Assembly (NCBI GenBank): GCA_041664865.1 | Contig: JBAYJU010000001.1 | Span: forward strand, 1-56,358 | Source: Minisyncoccota bacterium | GTDB lineage: Bacteria > Patescibacteriota > Minisyncoccia > Phycocordibacterales > Phycocordibacteraceae | Reading direction: 5' to 3' | Length of the DNA: 56,358 nt | In this document: positions 25,684 through 34,818 of the stretch, piece after piece | How positions within the stretch are numbered: the stretch's first letter is position 1 | How the letters are laid out: every line of letters starts with the position of its first letter | The notes under the pieces: model-generated | What the model saw: only the letters and a program-made list of their open reading frames with translations | Told to the model about the DNA's origin: nothing | The model's database searches: none | Program-made: the position numbers and the translations under genes

Positions 25684-26116
25684 CGGCTGCCTGCACTGCA
25701 GAAAGCGCGGCTGCAGAAAGTGTACACCCTCTGATTACCAGCGCCTTGGTTAGAGTGCCTGTGCCGAGGATCTTCACCTCTGGAGCACGACCCTTCTCGC
25801 GGCGCACAAGCCCGCGAGCGACTAGTGATGCTGGAGAGACAGTCTCCCCGACCTTGTATGCAGCCTCGAGTGCCGCGAGATTCACGCCTGAGGTAGCAAT
25901 GCGGTTGGTGCGGACGGTACGCGCGCGATTCTTGCCGTGCCCTCGAAGTTTTGGAATCTTCTTGATTAGATCGCGCACCTCTGGACGGATCTTGTGCCCA
26001 GCGCGTGCCGTCTGGCCCTTACCTCCGCGACCGGATGTCTTGCCACGCGTGCCGCCACGACCGACTGGCGGGTTCTTCTTGTTCTTCGTGATAGGGGAAA
26101 TAGAGTTGAGTTGCAT
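25664..26116 (-). CDS. rplO: 50S ribosomal protein L15
   Basis: ..GRGGTRGKTSGRGGKGQ..AR.G..; operon position. Confidence 0.92.
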   Translation of the reverse strand: MQLNSISPITKNKKNPPVGRGGTRGKTSGRGGKGQTARAGHKIRPEVRDLIKKIPKLRGHGKNRARTVRTNRIATSGVNLAALEAAYKVGETVSPASLVARGLVRREKGRAPEVKILGTGTLTKALVIRGCTLSAAALSAVQAAGGTSHD

Positions 26117-26126
26117 GATAGGAAAA

Positions 26127-26750
26127 TTATACCGTGCGAAGCTTCTTCAAAGCCGCGACTGTCGCGCGCGCGATAGTGAGCTTGTTCTTCGAACGAGAGT
26201 GAATCTTGGTCACCACGTCGGTAACTCCAGCCAAGTCAAGCACTGTGCGTACCGCCGAGCCGGCGACAAGACCACGTCCGCGAGACGGAATGATCTCGAC
26301 AGTCGAAGACGCGTATTTAGTCATGACCTCATGCGGAATCGAGCCGGATGCCGTGCGAAGTACCGTGAAAAGATGCTTCTTGGCATCACGCGTCGCTTTG
26401 TCGATAGCTAGCGCTGTGTCGACGCCCTTGCCTAGACCCACGCCAACTCGACCCTTACGATCTCCTATGACGACTACAAGGCTGAAGTTGAAGCGTCGAC
26501 CGCCTGCCATGACGCGAGCCACGCGGCGAGCGTCGATGGTAACTGAGTCAAACTCTCCGCGCTCACGAGGAGGGCGGGCAGTTCGCGACCCTGGGCGTGC
26601 CGAGCGGCCACGAAGCGATCCTCGCGCGCCTGGGCGAGACGTCGCAGATACAGCAGCAGCGACTTCCGACGTCGGGGCCGACACCACCTCTGGTGCTACA
26701 GTCTCTGCGACCACATCCTCTGTTTTCTCCTGTTCCATCGTTGTAGTCAT
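26127..26750 (-). CDS. rpsE: 30S ribosomal protein S5 with a ~65-aa acidic/RG-rich N-terminal extension
   Basis: ..VVVIGDRKGRVGVGLGKG..A..KA.. core; operon position. Confidence 0.92.
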   Translation of the reverse strand: MTTTMEQEKTEDVVAETVAPEVVSAPTSEVAAAVSATSRPGARGSLRGRSARPGSRTARPPRERGEFDSVTIDARRVARVMAGGRRFNFSLVVVIGDRKGRVGVGLGKGVDTALAIDKATRDAKKHLFTVLRTASGSIPHEVMTKYASSTVEIIPSRGRGLVAGSAVRTVLDLAGVTDVVTKIHSRSKNKLTIARATVAALKKLRTV

Positions 26751-26755
26751 GAATA

Positions 26756-27106
26756 TTAAAATATGAGACCTCCCTCGCGCGCAGAATCGGCAAGCGTCTT
26801 CACTTGGCCACCATAGCGATACCCGGCACGATCGAAGACAATAGTACTAATTCCTGCTGCTTTTGCCTTTTCTGCTATTGCTGCGCCCACAGACTTAGCC
26901 TGCAAAGACTGCGGACCCTTGAACTCGCGGCCATGCGATGCGGCGATAGTCTTCCCTATAGTGTCGTCGATAAGCTGGGCAGCGACGAATCGGTTACTGC
27001 GATACACAGCGAGGCGCGGGCGCTCTGCTGTACCCTTGATGATAGAGCGTACGCGCGCATGGCGGCGATCGCGAAGTTCTTTTTTGGTTGTGAGTGCGTG
27101 AGTCAT
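26756..27106 (-). CDS. rplR: 50S ribosomal protein L18
   Basis: ..RPRLAVYRSNRFVAAQLIDD.. and ..VFDRAGYRYGG.V..LA..ARE.G..F. Confidence 0.93.
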   Translation of the reverse strand: MTHALTTKKELRDRRHARVRSIIKGTAERPRLAVYRSNRFVAAQLIDDTIGKTIAASHGREFKGPQSLQAKSVGAAIAEKAKAAGISTIVFDRAGYRYGGQVKTLADSAREGGLIF

Positions 27107-27111
27107 AGTTG

Positions 27112-27642
27112 TTATACGGCCTTCTTGCCCTGCTTACGGCGTACCACCTCGCCTTCGTAGTGGATACCCTTACCCAGGTACGGCTCCGGTGGCTTCACGC
27201 GGCGGATGTTCGCTGCAAATTGCCCAAGTGATTCTTTGTTGATGCTCTCGAGCTTGATAGTGTTCTTCTCGACTGTCGCGGTAACGTCTTCAGGAATAGC
27301 TAGCGGAACTGTGTGCGAGAACCCTACAGTCAGCACGACATCCTTCCCTTTGATTTCTATACGGTATCCGACGCCCTCGATGATGAGCTTCTTCGTGAAC
27401 GGCGTCTCGACGCCATGCACCATGTTCTTCACATGCGAAGCGAAAGTCCCTGTGAGCGCCTTGGCTAGTCGGGAATTATTCTTCGGCGCGATAGTTACGC
27501 CACCAGCATCGACAGAGATGTCTACTGCTGGGTGAATACGCTTGGTCAGCGTGCCCTTCGAGCCCTTGATGGTCAAGACTCCATGGGCGACCGATACATC
27601 GGTCTTTCCTGCTGCTGTCGGTTTTTTTGCAAGTCGGCTCAT
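27112..27642 (-). CDS. rplF: 50S ribosomal protein L6
   Basis: MSRLAKKP.. start at ATG 27640-27642; ..GVGYR...G..L.L.VGFSH.V.., ..EPY.GKGI.Y. Confidence 0.92.
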   Translation of the reverse strand: MSRLAKKPTAAGKTDVSVAHGVLTIKGSKGTLTKRIHPAVDISVDAGGVTIAPKNNSRLAKALTGTFASHVKNMVHGVETPFTKKLIIEGVGYRIEIKGKDVVLTVGFSHTVPLAIPEDVTATVEKNTIKLESINKESLGQFAANIRRVKPPEPYLGKGIHYEGEVVRRKQGKKAV

Positions 27643-27646
27643 AGTA

Positions 27647-28051
27647 TTACCAAATTTCAAACAGATTCTCTCCACCCACACGCTTCTGGCGCGCCTCTTT
27701 ATCGGAGATAATCCCGACCGAAGACGAGACGAGACGGACACCAGTGCCACCCTTCACAGTGTGCGCGGCTGTATGCGGAACATAGAGTCTGCGACCTGGC
27801 TTGCTAATGCGCTTCACACCGCGCAGCTTCGGCTGGCCTTTCTCGCTGTACGCGAGCGCCACGATGATCTCCTTCTTGATTTCACTATCCCCTACAGCCT
27901 TAACTTCGACAGAAGTGACAAAACCGAGCTCCTTGAGCTTCTTCGCAATAGCGAGAACATGCAATGAGTGCGGCATCGACACAATCGGCTTACCGATGCG
28001 AGCGGCATTCTGCAAACGAATTATGAAATCTCCGATGCGGTCAGTTACCAT
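27647..28051 (-). CDS. rpsH: 30S ribosomal protein S8
   Basis: [16 protein letters not shown]..; C-terminal ..GGE.L..IW. Confidence 0.93.
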   Translation of the reverse strand: MVTDRIGDFIIRLQNAARIGKPIVSMPHSLHVLAIAKKLKELGFVTSVEVKAVGDSEIKKEIIVALAYSEKGQPKLRGVKRISKPGRRLYVPHTAAHTVKGGTGVRLVSSSVGIISDKEARQKRVGGENLFEIW

Positions 28052-28314
28052 GATGATTTCTTAACGCCTGGTATCTTTCCCTCGAGCGCGAGCTCGCGGA
28101 ACTGTATGCGCGATAGACCAAACGCGCGCATATACCCACGCGAGCGACCGGTAATCGAACAACGGCTCTTCAACCGGCCCGGAGCAGAGTTCCTCGGGAG
28201 CGCCTGCAGACCTGCAGAATCACCAGCCGCCTTGAGGGCTGCACGCTTGGTTGCATATTTAGCGACGAGTTTCGTCTTCTTGGCGAGTCGTGCGAGTTGT
28301 GATGTCTTTGCCAT
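28045..28314 (-). CDS. rpsN: 30S ribosomal protein S14 (long, non-zinc type)
   Basis: MAKTSQ..R......RC..TGR.RGY.R.FGLSRI.FRELA..G.IPGV.K.SW. Confidence 0.92.
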   Translation of the reverse strand: MAKTSQLARLAKKTKLVAKYATKRAALKAAGDSAGLQALPRNSAPGRLKSRCSITGRSRGYMRAFGLSRIQFRELALEGKIPGVKKSSW

Positions 28315-28350
28315 AAAAATAATAGCCCCGAAGAGCGTTCCTTGAGACTA

Positions 28351-28902
28351 TCAGCGTTTTACGCTCGAGTCAACGACGAGCGGGATTCCGATGTGGCGGA
28401 AGAACGCTTCTGCCTCTGCCTTCGACTTGGCTGAGGTTACAATAGTGACGGCGAGGCCGAAGACGTCCTTCAGGTCTTCATCACTCGTCTCCGGGAAGAT
28501 TGTGTTGTCCTTGATGCCAATCGTCATGTTCCCCATGTCGTCGATAGCAGATGCCTTGAGACCGCGGAAGTCGCGTGTGCGCGGGAGTGCGATGTGAATT
28601 ACCTTGTCGATGAAATCGAACATGCGGGCACCGCGAAGTGTCACCTGCATACCGACCGTGTCGCCCTCGCGCACCTTGAATGAGGCGATGGAAAGGCGCG
28701 AAGCACGCAATGACGGCTTCTGCCCTGTAATCTTCGCGAGACGGTTCTCGATGAGCTCGAGCTGTTTCTTATCGCGCTTCTTGCCGACGCCACTAGAGAC
28801 GATGACTTTCTGGATGCGCGCGCCCTGCATCGGGCTGGTGTAGCCGAACTTCTCCGCGAGCGCGAGATATGCTGTTTGCTGTTTTTGTTTGGTGATAGAC
28901 AT
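28351..28902 (-). CDS. rplE: 50S ribosomal protein L5
   Basis: Start at ATG 28900-28902, just after the L24 stop; ..V.LRG..M..F.D......LPR.RDFRGL... Confidence 0.92.
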   Translation of the reverse strand: MSITKQKQQTAYLALAEKFGYTSPMQGARIQKVIVSSGVGKKRDKKQLELIENRLAKITGQKPSLRASRLSIASFKVREGDTVGMQVTLRGARMFDFIDKVIHIALPRTRDFRGLKASAIDDMGNMTIGIKDNTIFPETSDEDLKDVFGLAVTIVTSAKSKAEAEAFFRHIGIPLVVDSSVKR

Positions 28903-28903
28903 A

Positions 28904-29152
28904 TTATTTTCCGTCAAGCGCAGATGTAAACTTCGCCGCTGAGACAAGTGTCACGTTCGATGCGCTGATAGGGCGTGGGCGCTCCGCGATGTGGCCCACC
29001 TTGCCTGCGCGACCCTTCACATGGCGCTTTGCAATTGCGACACCATCAACTATGACTTTGCCATCTTTCGGCAAGGCGCGCACGATTACGCCGGTCTTAC
29101 CTTTGTCCTTACCTGATATGACTTTAACTTTGTCTCCTTTTTTTACGTGCAT
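28904..29152 (-). CDS. rplX: 50S ribosomal protein L24
   Basis: [21 protein letters not shown] (KOW motif). Confidence 0.92.
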   Translation of the reverse strand: MHVKKGDKVKVISGKDKGKTGVIVRALPKDGKVIVDGVAIAKRHVKGRAGKVGHIAERPRPISASNVTLVSAAKFTSALDGK

Positions 29153-29162
29153 ACAAAAATAA

Positions 29163-29540
29163 TTAGACTACTTCTGGAGCGATAGCCACGATAGAGTGCC
29201 ATCCGAGCTCGGAGAGCTCACGTGGCACCGGACCGAAGACACGGTTCCCTTTCGGGCCCATCTCCTTACCCTGCTTCTCGACGAGCACGACAGCGTTCTC
29301 ATCAAAGCGGATATATGACCCATCCTTGCGACCGAAAGGCTTGGTCTGGCGCACTACAATCGCCTTGAAGATGTCTTTCTTCTTCACGGCCTTGCGCGGC
29401 TCAGCGGTCTGTATCGATACGACCACTGCATCACCAATCTCTGCATAGCGGCGCTTGCTGCCCCCGAGCACCTTGAAGACACGGGCGACCTTCCCGCCGG
29501 AATTATCTGCAACTTTTACGATGGATTGAGGTTGAAGCAT
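29163..29540 (-). CDS. rplN: 50S ribosomal protein L14
   Basis: [17 protein letters not shown]... and ..[10 protein letters not shown]... Confidence 0.94.
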   Translation of the reverse strand: MLQPQSIVKVADNSGGKVARVFKVLGGSKRRYAEIGDAVVVSIQTAEPRKAVKKKDIFKAIVVRQTKPFGRKDGSYIRFDENAVVLVEKQGKEMGPKGNRVFGPVPRELSELGWHSIVAIAPEVV

Positions 29541-29546
29541 GGTAGG

Positions 29547-29822
29547 TTATTCGTCTCCCTTATCTCCCGATACTGTCTTTGTCGCATCTATGATAAAGCT
29601 CTTGAGTTTAGAAATCGGCCTAGTCGCTACTATTGTCACCTTATCGCCCACTTGGGCCGCATTGCCTGGGTTGTGAACCAGGAATTTCTTAGAGCGTACG
29701 AAGTACTTCTTGTACTTCTCGTTTTTCACGTAGCGATCGACCTGGACAGTGGCTGTGTCAGTCATTGCCGTCTTCACGACGACTCCGACGAATGATTGTG
29801 GGCGGGATGTTTTTGTTTCCAT
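29547..29822 (-). CDS. rpsQ: 30S ribosomal protein S17
   Basis: ..GVVVKTAMTDTATVQVDRYVKNEKYKKY...K.LVHNP......GD.V.I...RPISK. Confidence 0.92.
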   Translation of the reverse strand: METKTSRPQSFVGVVVKTAMTDTATVQVDRYVKNEKYKKYFVRSKKFLVHNPGNAAQVGDKVTIVATRPISKLKSFIIDATKTVSGDKGDE

Positions 29823-29825
29823 AGG

Positions 29826-30026
29826 TTAAATAGCGCTGAGCACACGAGAGTGCTGTTCGGTGAGCACGCGAGCGACAACTGCACGAAGCTTCTTCGGTGA
29901 GTTCGAATCCTTGGCGCGGGCACCGGTAGCGGCAAAGCGTTCCGTCCGTAGGAGCGCGCGCGTATCCACTAGGAGCTTCACCAGCTCCTGATCAGTCTTC
30001 GTAGTCATTACTTCTCTTTTTGCCAT
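29826..30026 (-). CDS. rpmC: 50S ribosomal protein L29
   Basis: 66 aa, ..ELVKLL.D.R..L...RF........N....LR...AR.LT.; operon position. Confidence 0.88.
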   Translation of the reverse strand: MAKREVMTTKTDQELVKLLVDTRALLRTERFAATGARAKDSNSPKKLRAVVARVLTEQHSRVLSAI

Positions 30027-30045
30027 AAAAATATAAAAAAAGCAA

Positions 30046-30468
30046 TTACTGACGAGTTACGATGGCCGTCCTGACAGGCAATTTCATGCCGGCCTGGCGC
30101 AAGTGCGCGCGAGCGATATCCTCAGGAACGCCGTCCATTTCGAAGAGTACTCGACCTGGGCGGACCTGGAACACATAGTGATCCGGGTCGCCCTTACCCT
30201 TACCCATGCCCACCTCTGCCGGCTTCTGCGTCACAGGGCGGTCTGGGAAGATACGAATCCAGAGCTTGCCAGTCTTCGCGGTCGCGCGCGTGAGCACCTT
30301 ACGAGCCGACTCGATCTGATTGCTCGTTACGCGAGAAGCAGTGAGTGCCTTTAGCCCGAATGAGCCGAATGACACCTCTGTGCCACGCGTATCAGGGCGA
30401 CTACGACGCTTCTCGCTCAAGCGCTGCGTCTGCCACTTGCGGTGTTTTACTTTTTTAGGGAATAGCAT
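30046..30468 (-). CDS. rplP: 50S ribosomal protein L16
   Basis: [12 protein letters not shown]......G....FG.FGLKAL......S.QIE..R... Confidence 0.94.
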   Translation of the reverse strand: MLFPKKVKHRKWQTQRLSEKRRSRPDTRGTEVSFGSFGLKALTASRVTSNQIESARKVLTRATAKTGKLWIRIFPDRPVTQKPAEVGMGKGKGDPDHYVFQVRPGRVLFEMDGVPEDIARAHLRQAGMKLPVRTAIVTRQ

Positions 30469-30479
30469 ACAAAAATATA

Positions 30480-31184
30480 TTAGCCGCGCATCGAGGTGCT
30501 CTCTGGCGTGTGCACGGATGTCTTCTTATCCTGGTATACATTACCGCGGAAGATCCACACTTTGATGCCGATGACACCATACGGGAGATATGCCTTCTCA
30601 CTGGCGAAGTCGATGTCAGCACGGAAAGTCTGGAGCGGTACGCGACCCTTCTTCAGCTCCTCCTTGCGGCTCATTTCTGCACCGCCTAGGCGTCCTGAAA
30701 TCGCTATACGCACACCGTCGACCTCCCTTACAGCTATGACCTTCTCGATCGTCTGCTTCATGACACGCCGGAAAGGCATACGCTTCTCGAGCCCCTCGAC
30801 GATCATATAGGCGACGATAGCCGCGTCCGTCTCAGGCTGGCGAATCTCGTTAATATCTAGCTTGAGAGTACGGTGATCCCCTGGCGCAGCCTTGCGTACC
30901 ACTTCTGCTACCTCGGCGCGCAACTTGACTGAATTCTCGCCTGAACGGCCTATCACGAGCCCTGGGCGTGCAGTCGCGATGATTACGCGCAGCTCGTTTG
31001 CCGAGCGCTCGATCTCGATGCCGCTCGTGTATGTGCCGCGCAAGCGCTTAGCAAGAAAACGGCGAATCGATTCATCGACCTTTATGTTCTCGCGATAGCT
31101 CTTGCTGTCTGCAGCGAACCAACGGCTCTTCCAGTCTCGGATGATTCCGAGGCGATGTGCGTAAGGATGTACGGTGTGTGTCAT
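30480..31184 (-). CDS. rpsC: 30S ribosomal protein S3
   Basis: ..HPYAHRLGIIRDWKSRWFA.. and KH-domain ..RPGLVIGRSG... Confidence 0.94.
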   Translation of the reverse strand: MTHTVHPYAHRLGIIRDWKSRWFAADSKSYRENIKVDESIRRFLAKRLRGTYTSGIEIERSANELRVIIATARPGLVIGRSGENSVKLRAEVAEVVRKAAPGDHRTLKLDINEIRQPETDAAIVAYMIVEGLEKRMPFRRVMKQTIEKVIAVREVDGVRIAISGRLGGAEMSRKEELKKGRVPLQTFRADIDFASEKAYLPYGVIGIKVWIFRGNVYQDKKTSVHTPESTSMRG

Positions 31185-31188
31185 AGGA

Positions 31189-31509
31189 TTATGCGAGTGT
31201 CACGATGATGCGGCTCTTGCGGCGACGGATAGGCGCGGCACGACCGAAGGCACGTGGCATGAATTTCTTAATCATTCCGGCGCTCTCGACGATAATCGAC
31301 TGTATAGTCAGGTCATCTGGATTCTTGCCCTGCTCCTTCGCATTCGCTACTGCACTCTTTATGAGCTTCTCAACAGGCTCTGCGGCGCGACGCGGGAGGA
31401 ACTCAAGCGCCTTGAGAGCCACGGAGATCTTCTTACCCTTCACAAGGTCAGTCACAAGACGGACCTTGCGTGGAGACTGGTTATAGCTTTTGAGAGTTGC
31501 GTTTGCCAT
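31189..31509 (-). CDS. rplV: 50S ribosomal protein L22
   Basis: ..SPRKVRLV.DLV.GK.....L..L.F.P.RAA..V.KL..SA.ANA... Confidence 0.92.
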   Translation of the reverse strand: MANATLKSYNQSPRKVRLVTDLVKGKKISVALKALEFLPRRAAEPVEKLIKSAVANAKEQGKNPDDLTIQSIIVESAGMIKKFMPRAFGRAAPIRRRKSRIIVTLA

Positions 31510-31512
31510 AGA

Positions 31513-31863
31513 TTATTTCTTCTTCGCAGGAGCAGCAGGCGCTGCCTTTGCAGACTTCGCAGCTGTTATCTCAGCCTGCTGACGCTTAGACTCGAGCTCC
31601 TTCTGCATCTTGCCTCCATGACGAACGAACTTCTTTGTTGGCGAGAATTCGCCAAGGCGGTGGCCGACCATCTCTTCTGCAATCGTAAACTCTATGTGCG
31701 ACTTGCCATTATGCACGCCAAATGTGAAACCAATCATTTCCGGGCTGATCTGGCTGCGGCGCGCCCACGTCTTAATCACGCCAGCTTCTGCCGGTTTCTT
31801 ATCGAGAATCTTCTTGAGGAGTTTGACGTCCACAAAGGGTCCTTTTTTGAGTGATCGTGACAT
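31513..31863 (-). CDS. rpsS: 30S ribosomal protein S19 with a Lys/Ala-rich C-terminal tail
   Basis: [12 protein letters not shown].. start at ATG 31861-31863; ..VHNGK....I...[10 protein letters not shown]... Confidence 0.93.
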   Translation of the reverse strand: MSRSLKKGPFVDVKLLKKILDKKPAEAGVIKTWARRSQISPEMIGFTFGVHNGKSHIEFTIAEEMVGHRLGEFSPTKKFVRHGGKMQKELESKRQQAEITAAKSAKAAPAAPAKKK

Positions 31864-31900
31864 AGTAAGTAATGAAAAGCCCGCACAACGGGATACATGA

Positions 31901-31929
31901 AAGATACACGAAGCAATCTCTGGCGTCAA
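31901..31929 (-). promoter_or_regulatory. Sigma70-like promoter for rpsS and downstream genes
   Basis: Minus strand TTGACG (31924-31929), 17-nt spacer, TATCTT (31901-31906). Downstream of the rplB terminator hairpin. Confidence 0.45.
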
Positions 31930-31994
31930 CTGTACCGTCCCAAAACACCCTCATAAATCCTAATCCATTCCAGAACCTTGACATATCTGTGAAT

Positions 31995-32039
31995 CAATAC
32001 AAAACACCCGCGGCCTTCGGCCGCGGGTGTTTTGTATTG
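31995..32039 (-). terminator. Strong hairpin between rplB and rpsS (operon-internal terminator or attenuator)
   Basis: caatacaaaacacccgcggcc / ggccgcgggtgttttgtattg: 21-nt arms that are exact reverse complements, with the central ggccttcggcc folding as a UUCG-type tetraloop. Confidence 0.7.
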
Positions 32040-32048
32040 ATTGTGAAA

Positions 32049-32897
32049 TTAGCCCTTCCGTTTCTTGCCGACTTTGCGGCGAGAGACAATGAAGACGTTT
32101 GAGTACTTCTTCGGGGTGCGGGTCTTCTGCCCCTTGCCTGTCGGCTTGCCCCACATACTCTTCGCACGGCGCAGACCTCGTCCCTGGCGACCCTCACCAC
32201 CACCGTGTGGGTGATCAACAGGGTTCATCACGGAGCCACGCACAGTCGGGCGGATACCCAACCAGCGGTTGCGGCCAGCCTTGCCGATGACGACGAGATT
32301 GTATTCTTCATTACCCACAGCACCGATAGACGCCCATGCGAGATCAGACACTCGTCGAATCTCTGTCGAAGGGAGCTTGATCTGCGCGTAGCCAGCATCA
32401 TGCGCGACCACTTCTGCGAAGTTCCCTGCAGAGCGCACTAGAGACGCGCCTGTGCCTGGAGCAATTTCGATGTTGTATACAGATGTACCGACTGGAATCG
32501 AGCCGAGTGGGAGTCGATTGCCAGCAGTCAGTGGCGCATCCTCAGCGACCACGAAGGTACTACCCACCTTCACATCCTTCGGAACAATCACATAACGGCG
32601 CTCGCCATCCTTATAAAGCGCGAGTCCGATGAAAGCGCTGCGAAATGGATCATACTCGACCGTCTCTATAATCGCAGGAATGTTCTTCTTGTTGTATGAG
32701 AAGTCTATTTCGCGCAAACGGCGCTTGTGTCCACCGCCCTGGTGACGAGTCGTAATGCGCCCGTCTGCATTGCGCCCGCCACGACGGCCCTTCTTCACGA
32801 GCAAAGGCTTGTGCGGTGCATCGCCAGAAAGAAGCTCCTTGTATGGGAGTGTCGTCATCGCGCGTCGGCTCTTGGTTGTTGGTTTGTACGTTTTCAT
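32049..32897 (-). CDS. rplB: 50S ribosomal protein L2
   Basis: ..RHQGGGHKRRLR.IDF.. and ..GSVMNPVDHPHGGGEGR... Confidence 0.96.
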   Translation of the reverse strand: MKTYKPTTKSRRAMTTLPYKELLSGDAPHKPLLVKKGRRGGRNADGRITTRHQGGGHKRRLREIDFSYNKKNIPAIIETVEYDPFRSAFIGLALYKDGERRYVIVPKDVKVGSTFVVAEDAPLTAGNRLPLGSIPVGTSVYNIEIAPGTGASLVRSAGNFAEVVAHDAGYAQIKLPSTEIRRVSDLAWASIGAVGNEEYNLVVIGKAGRNRWLGIRPTVRGSVMNPVDHPHGGGEGRQGRGLRRAKSMWGKPTGKGQKTRTPKKYSNVFIVSRRKVGKKRKG

Positions 32898-32906
32898 ACT
32901 GAAATG

Positions 32907-33272
32907 TTATGCAAATTGAATGGTGTCACCCGCATTGAGGTAGACATACGCCTTGCACCGCGCAGCGCGTGCTCCGATTCCACGACGTGTGCGCATCGCT
33001 TTGTGCTTCGCTGGGAGATTCACGATACGGATAGCACGAGGCGTAACGCTATAGATCTCCTTGATTGCACCAGCAATCTCCGGCTTTGTAGATCGAGGAG
33101 AGACAGCGAAAGCGTATACACCCTTCTCAGTAGAGAGAAGTGCCTTCTCAGAGAACCACGGGGCTCGGATGATGTCGTGCGCCTTGCCATTGAGCGACAC
33201 GGTCGCATGCGCGTGGTGCTTTACCACTACTTTCTCCTTCTTCTCTTTCTTTTTGTCGCCGAAAATTGCCAT
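32907..33272 (-). CDS. rplW: 50S ribosomal protein L23 with a Lys-rich N-terminal extension
   Basis: ..I.AP..SEKA.......YAF.V....K.EI..A....Y.V.....R..N.; operon position. Confidence 0.88.
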   Translation of the reverse strand: MAIFGDKKKEKKEKVVVKHHAHATVSLNGKAHDIIRAPWFSEKALLSTEKGVYAFAVSPRSTKPEIAGAIKEIYSVTPRAIRIVNLPAKHKAMRTRRGIGARAARCKAYVYLNAGDTIQFA

Positions 33273-33278
33273 ATATGA

Positions 33279-34025
33279 TTATTTAGTCTTGGTGCGAGCA
33301 ATAAGTGCAGCGAATGACTCTTCAGGCTTCTCGATGACGAGGTACTTAGCAGTCATCACGCCAAGCGGGTTGAGATTGCGCACCTCTTCGGTCATCACGT
33401 TGCCGAAATTGCTGAAGCTCTTGATAGTGTTCGCATCATGCGAGGCAAGCACTACCAGCGCAGCATTCTTCCTCTTCGACACCAGCTGTGCTGCAGAAGC
33501 ACCGGCAGACAGCTTCGCTAGGGCCGACTTAGCGACTTTTGTCTTCGGCTCTGCGAAGACGAATTTGTCGACGAGGATTAGCTCTCCATCCTTCGCTTTA
33601 CGCGAAAGTACCGATATAAGCGCGCCCATACGCATCTTCTTGTTAATCTTCTCGCTATAATCGCGCTCGTTGCGAGGACCGAAGGTGATTCCGCCATGGC
33701 GCCAAATAGGAGAACGCGTAGAGCTGTGGCGCGCCTGGCCAGTTCCCTTCTGCTTCCACGGCTTCTTGCCGCCTCCAGATACTTCAGAGCGGTCTTTGGT
33801 GTGTGCGCGGTTCTGGCGTGCATTGGCCTGCATCGCGGTCGTCACCTGGTGCACTAGATCAGAACGCCAAGGCGCGGTGAAAAGGCTCTCTGGGAGAGTA
33901 AATGTCCCGACCTTTGCGCCATCCATAGAGAAGACAGGCATCTCAAGCGAGACGACCTTCTTTTCCTTCGCGACTTTTGTAGTAGCGACTGTTTTCTTTA
34001 TTGTCTTCTTTTCAGTAGTAGTCAT
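33279..34025 (-). CDS. rplD: 50S ribosomal protein L4 with a Lys/Thr-rich N-terminal extension
   Basis: Start at ATG 34023-34025; ..VSGGGKKPWKQKGTGQARHSSTRSPIWRHGG..FGP... Confidence 0.93.
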   Translation of the reverse strand: MTTTEKKTIKKTVATTKVAKEKKVVSLEMPVFSMDGAKVGTFTLPESLFTAPWRSDLVHQVTTAMQANARQNRAHTKDRSEVSGGGKKPWKQKGTGQARHSSTRSPIWRHGGITFGPRNERDYSEKINKKMRMGALISVLSRKAKDGELILVDKFVFAEPKTKVAKSALAKLSAGASAAQLVSKRKNAALVVLASHDANTIKSFSNFGNVMTEEVRNLNPLGVMTAKYLVIEKPEESFAALIARTKTK

Positions 34026-34035
34026 GGTATGGAAA

Positions 34036-34650
34036 TTATGCAGACACCACTTCGAGTAGTGTTCCGCGGCGACCTGGGACCGCACCCGAGATGACGATGT
34101 GTCCGGCCGCCTTATCGACAGCAAGAACCTTGAGGTTAGTGACAGTCACACGGTCTGAGCCCATACGACCAGCCATCTTCAAGCCCTTGGCGACTCGACC
34201 GCCAGCGCGACCGCCGGAGCCGCCGATAGAACCAGGGGAACGCTCAGTGTGCTTCTGGCCATGAGAGCGAGGGCCACCATGGAACCCGTGACGCTTCACA
34301 ACGCCAGTGAAGCCGTGACCCTTCGTGAGCCCAGAGACACGCACAGTGTCGCCCACCTCAAATATAGACACATCAATAGTCGCGCCGACTTCTGTAGCAT
34401 CGTCAGTGCGAAACTCACGAATAGCCTCATACCCCTTTCCGCCAGTATGCCCGAGTACAGGCTTGGTGATGTTCTTGGTCTTGCGTGTGCCCGTGCCGAC
34501 CTGGACAGCCGCGTAGCCATCCTTCCCTTCTACAGTCTTCACCTGGGTCACAATGACAGGCTGGACGCTCAGAATAGTACCCGCGTAGGCACGACCATCA
34601 TCCGCGAAGACGCGGATCATATTTTCTTTGGTTGCTAGGGTGAATTTCAT
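34036..34650 (-). CDS. rplC: 50S ribosomal protein L3
   Basis: Start at ATG 34648-34650 (MKFTLATKENMIRVF..); ..GLTKGHGFTGVVKRHGF.GGP.SHG....R.PGSIG... Confidence 0.94.
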   Translation of the reverse strand: MKFTLATKENMIRVFADDGRAYAGTILSVQPVIVTQVKTVEGKDGYAAVQVGTGTRKTKNITKPVLGHTGGKGYEAIREFRTDDATEVGATIDVSIFEVGDTVRVSGLTKGHGFTGVVKRHGFHGGPRSHGQKHTERSPGSIGGSGGRAGGRVAKGLKMAGRMGSDRVTVTNLKVLAVDKAAGHIVISGAVPGRRGTLLEVVSA

Positions 34651-34660
34651 TTTTGATAAA

Positions 34661-34698
34661 GCAAATCGCGCGACAGCAAATCGCGTCGCGCGAATTGC
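34661..34698 (-). promoter_or_regulatory. Hairpin in the rplC 5' leader
   Basis: gcaaatcgcgcgac (34661-34674) pairs with gtcgcgcgaattgc (34685-34698) with one mismatch. It ends 10 nt upstream of the rplC ATG, and no SD is visible. Confidence 0.4.
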
Positions 34699-34738
34699 CA
34701 TAGGACCGGTCACTGGCGCCGTTCGTAGCTTTAGAGGC

Positions 34739-34767
34739 ACTCTACACGAACCCTCAAAAAGATGCAA
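34739..34767 (-). promoter_or_regulatory. Sigma70-like promoter for rplC
   Basis: Minus strand TTGCAT (34762-34767), 17-nt spacer, TAGAGT (34739-34744). Confidence 0.45.
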
Positions 34768-34781
34768 GACGATCACGGCGC

Positions 34782-34810
34782 TTGCGCATTGAGAGTAGTT
34801 CAGGTAAGGT
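34782..34810 (+). promoter_or_regulatory. Sigma70-like promoter for rpsB (would give a leaderless or near-leaderless mRNA)
   Basis: TTGCGC (34782-34787), 17-nt spacer, TAAGGT (34805-34810). The ATG at 34819 lies 8 nt after the -10. Confidence 0.35.
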
Positions 34811-34818
34811 AGCAGGAA

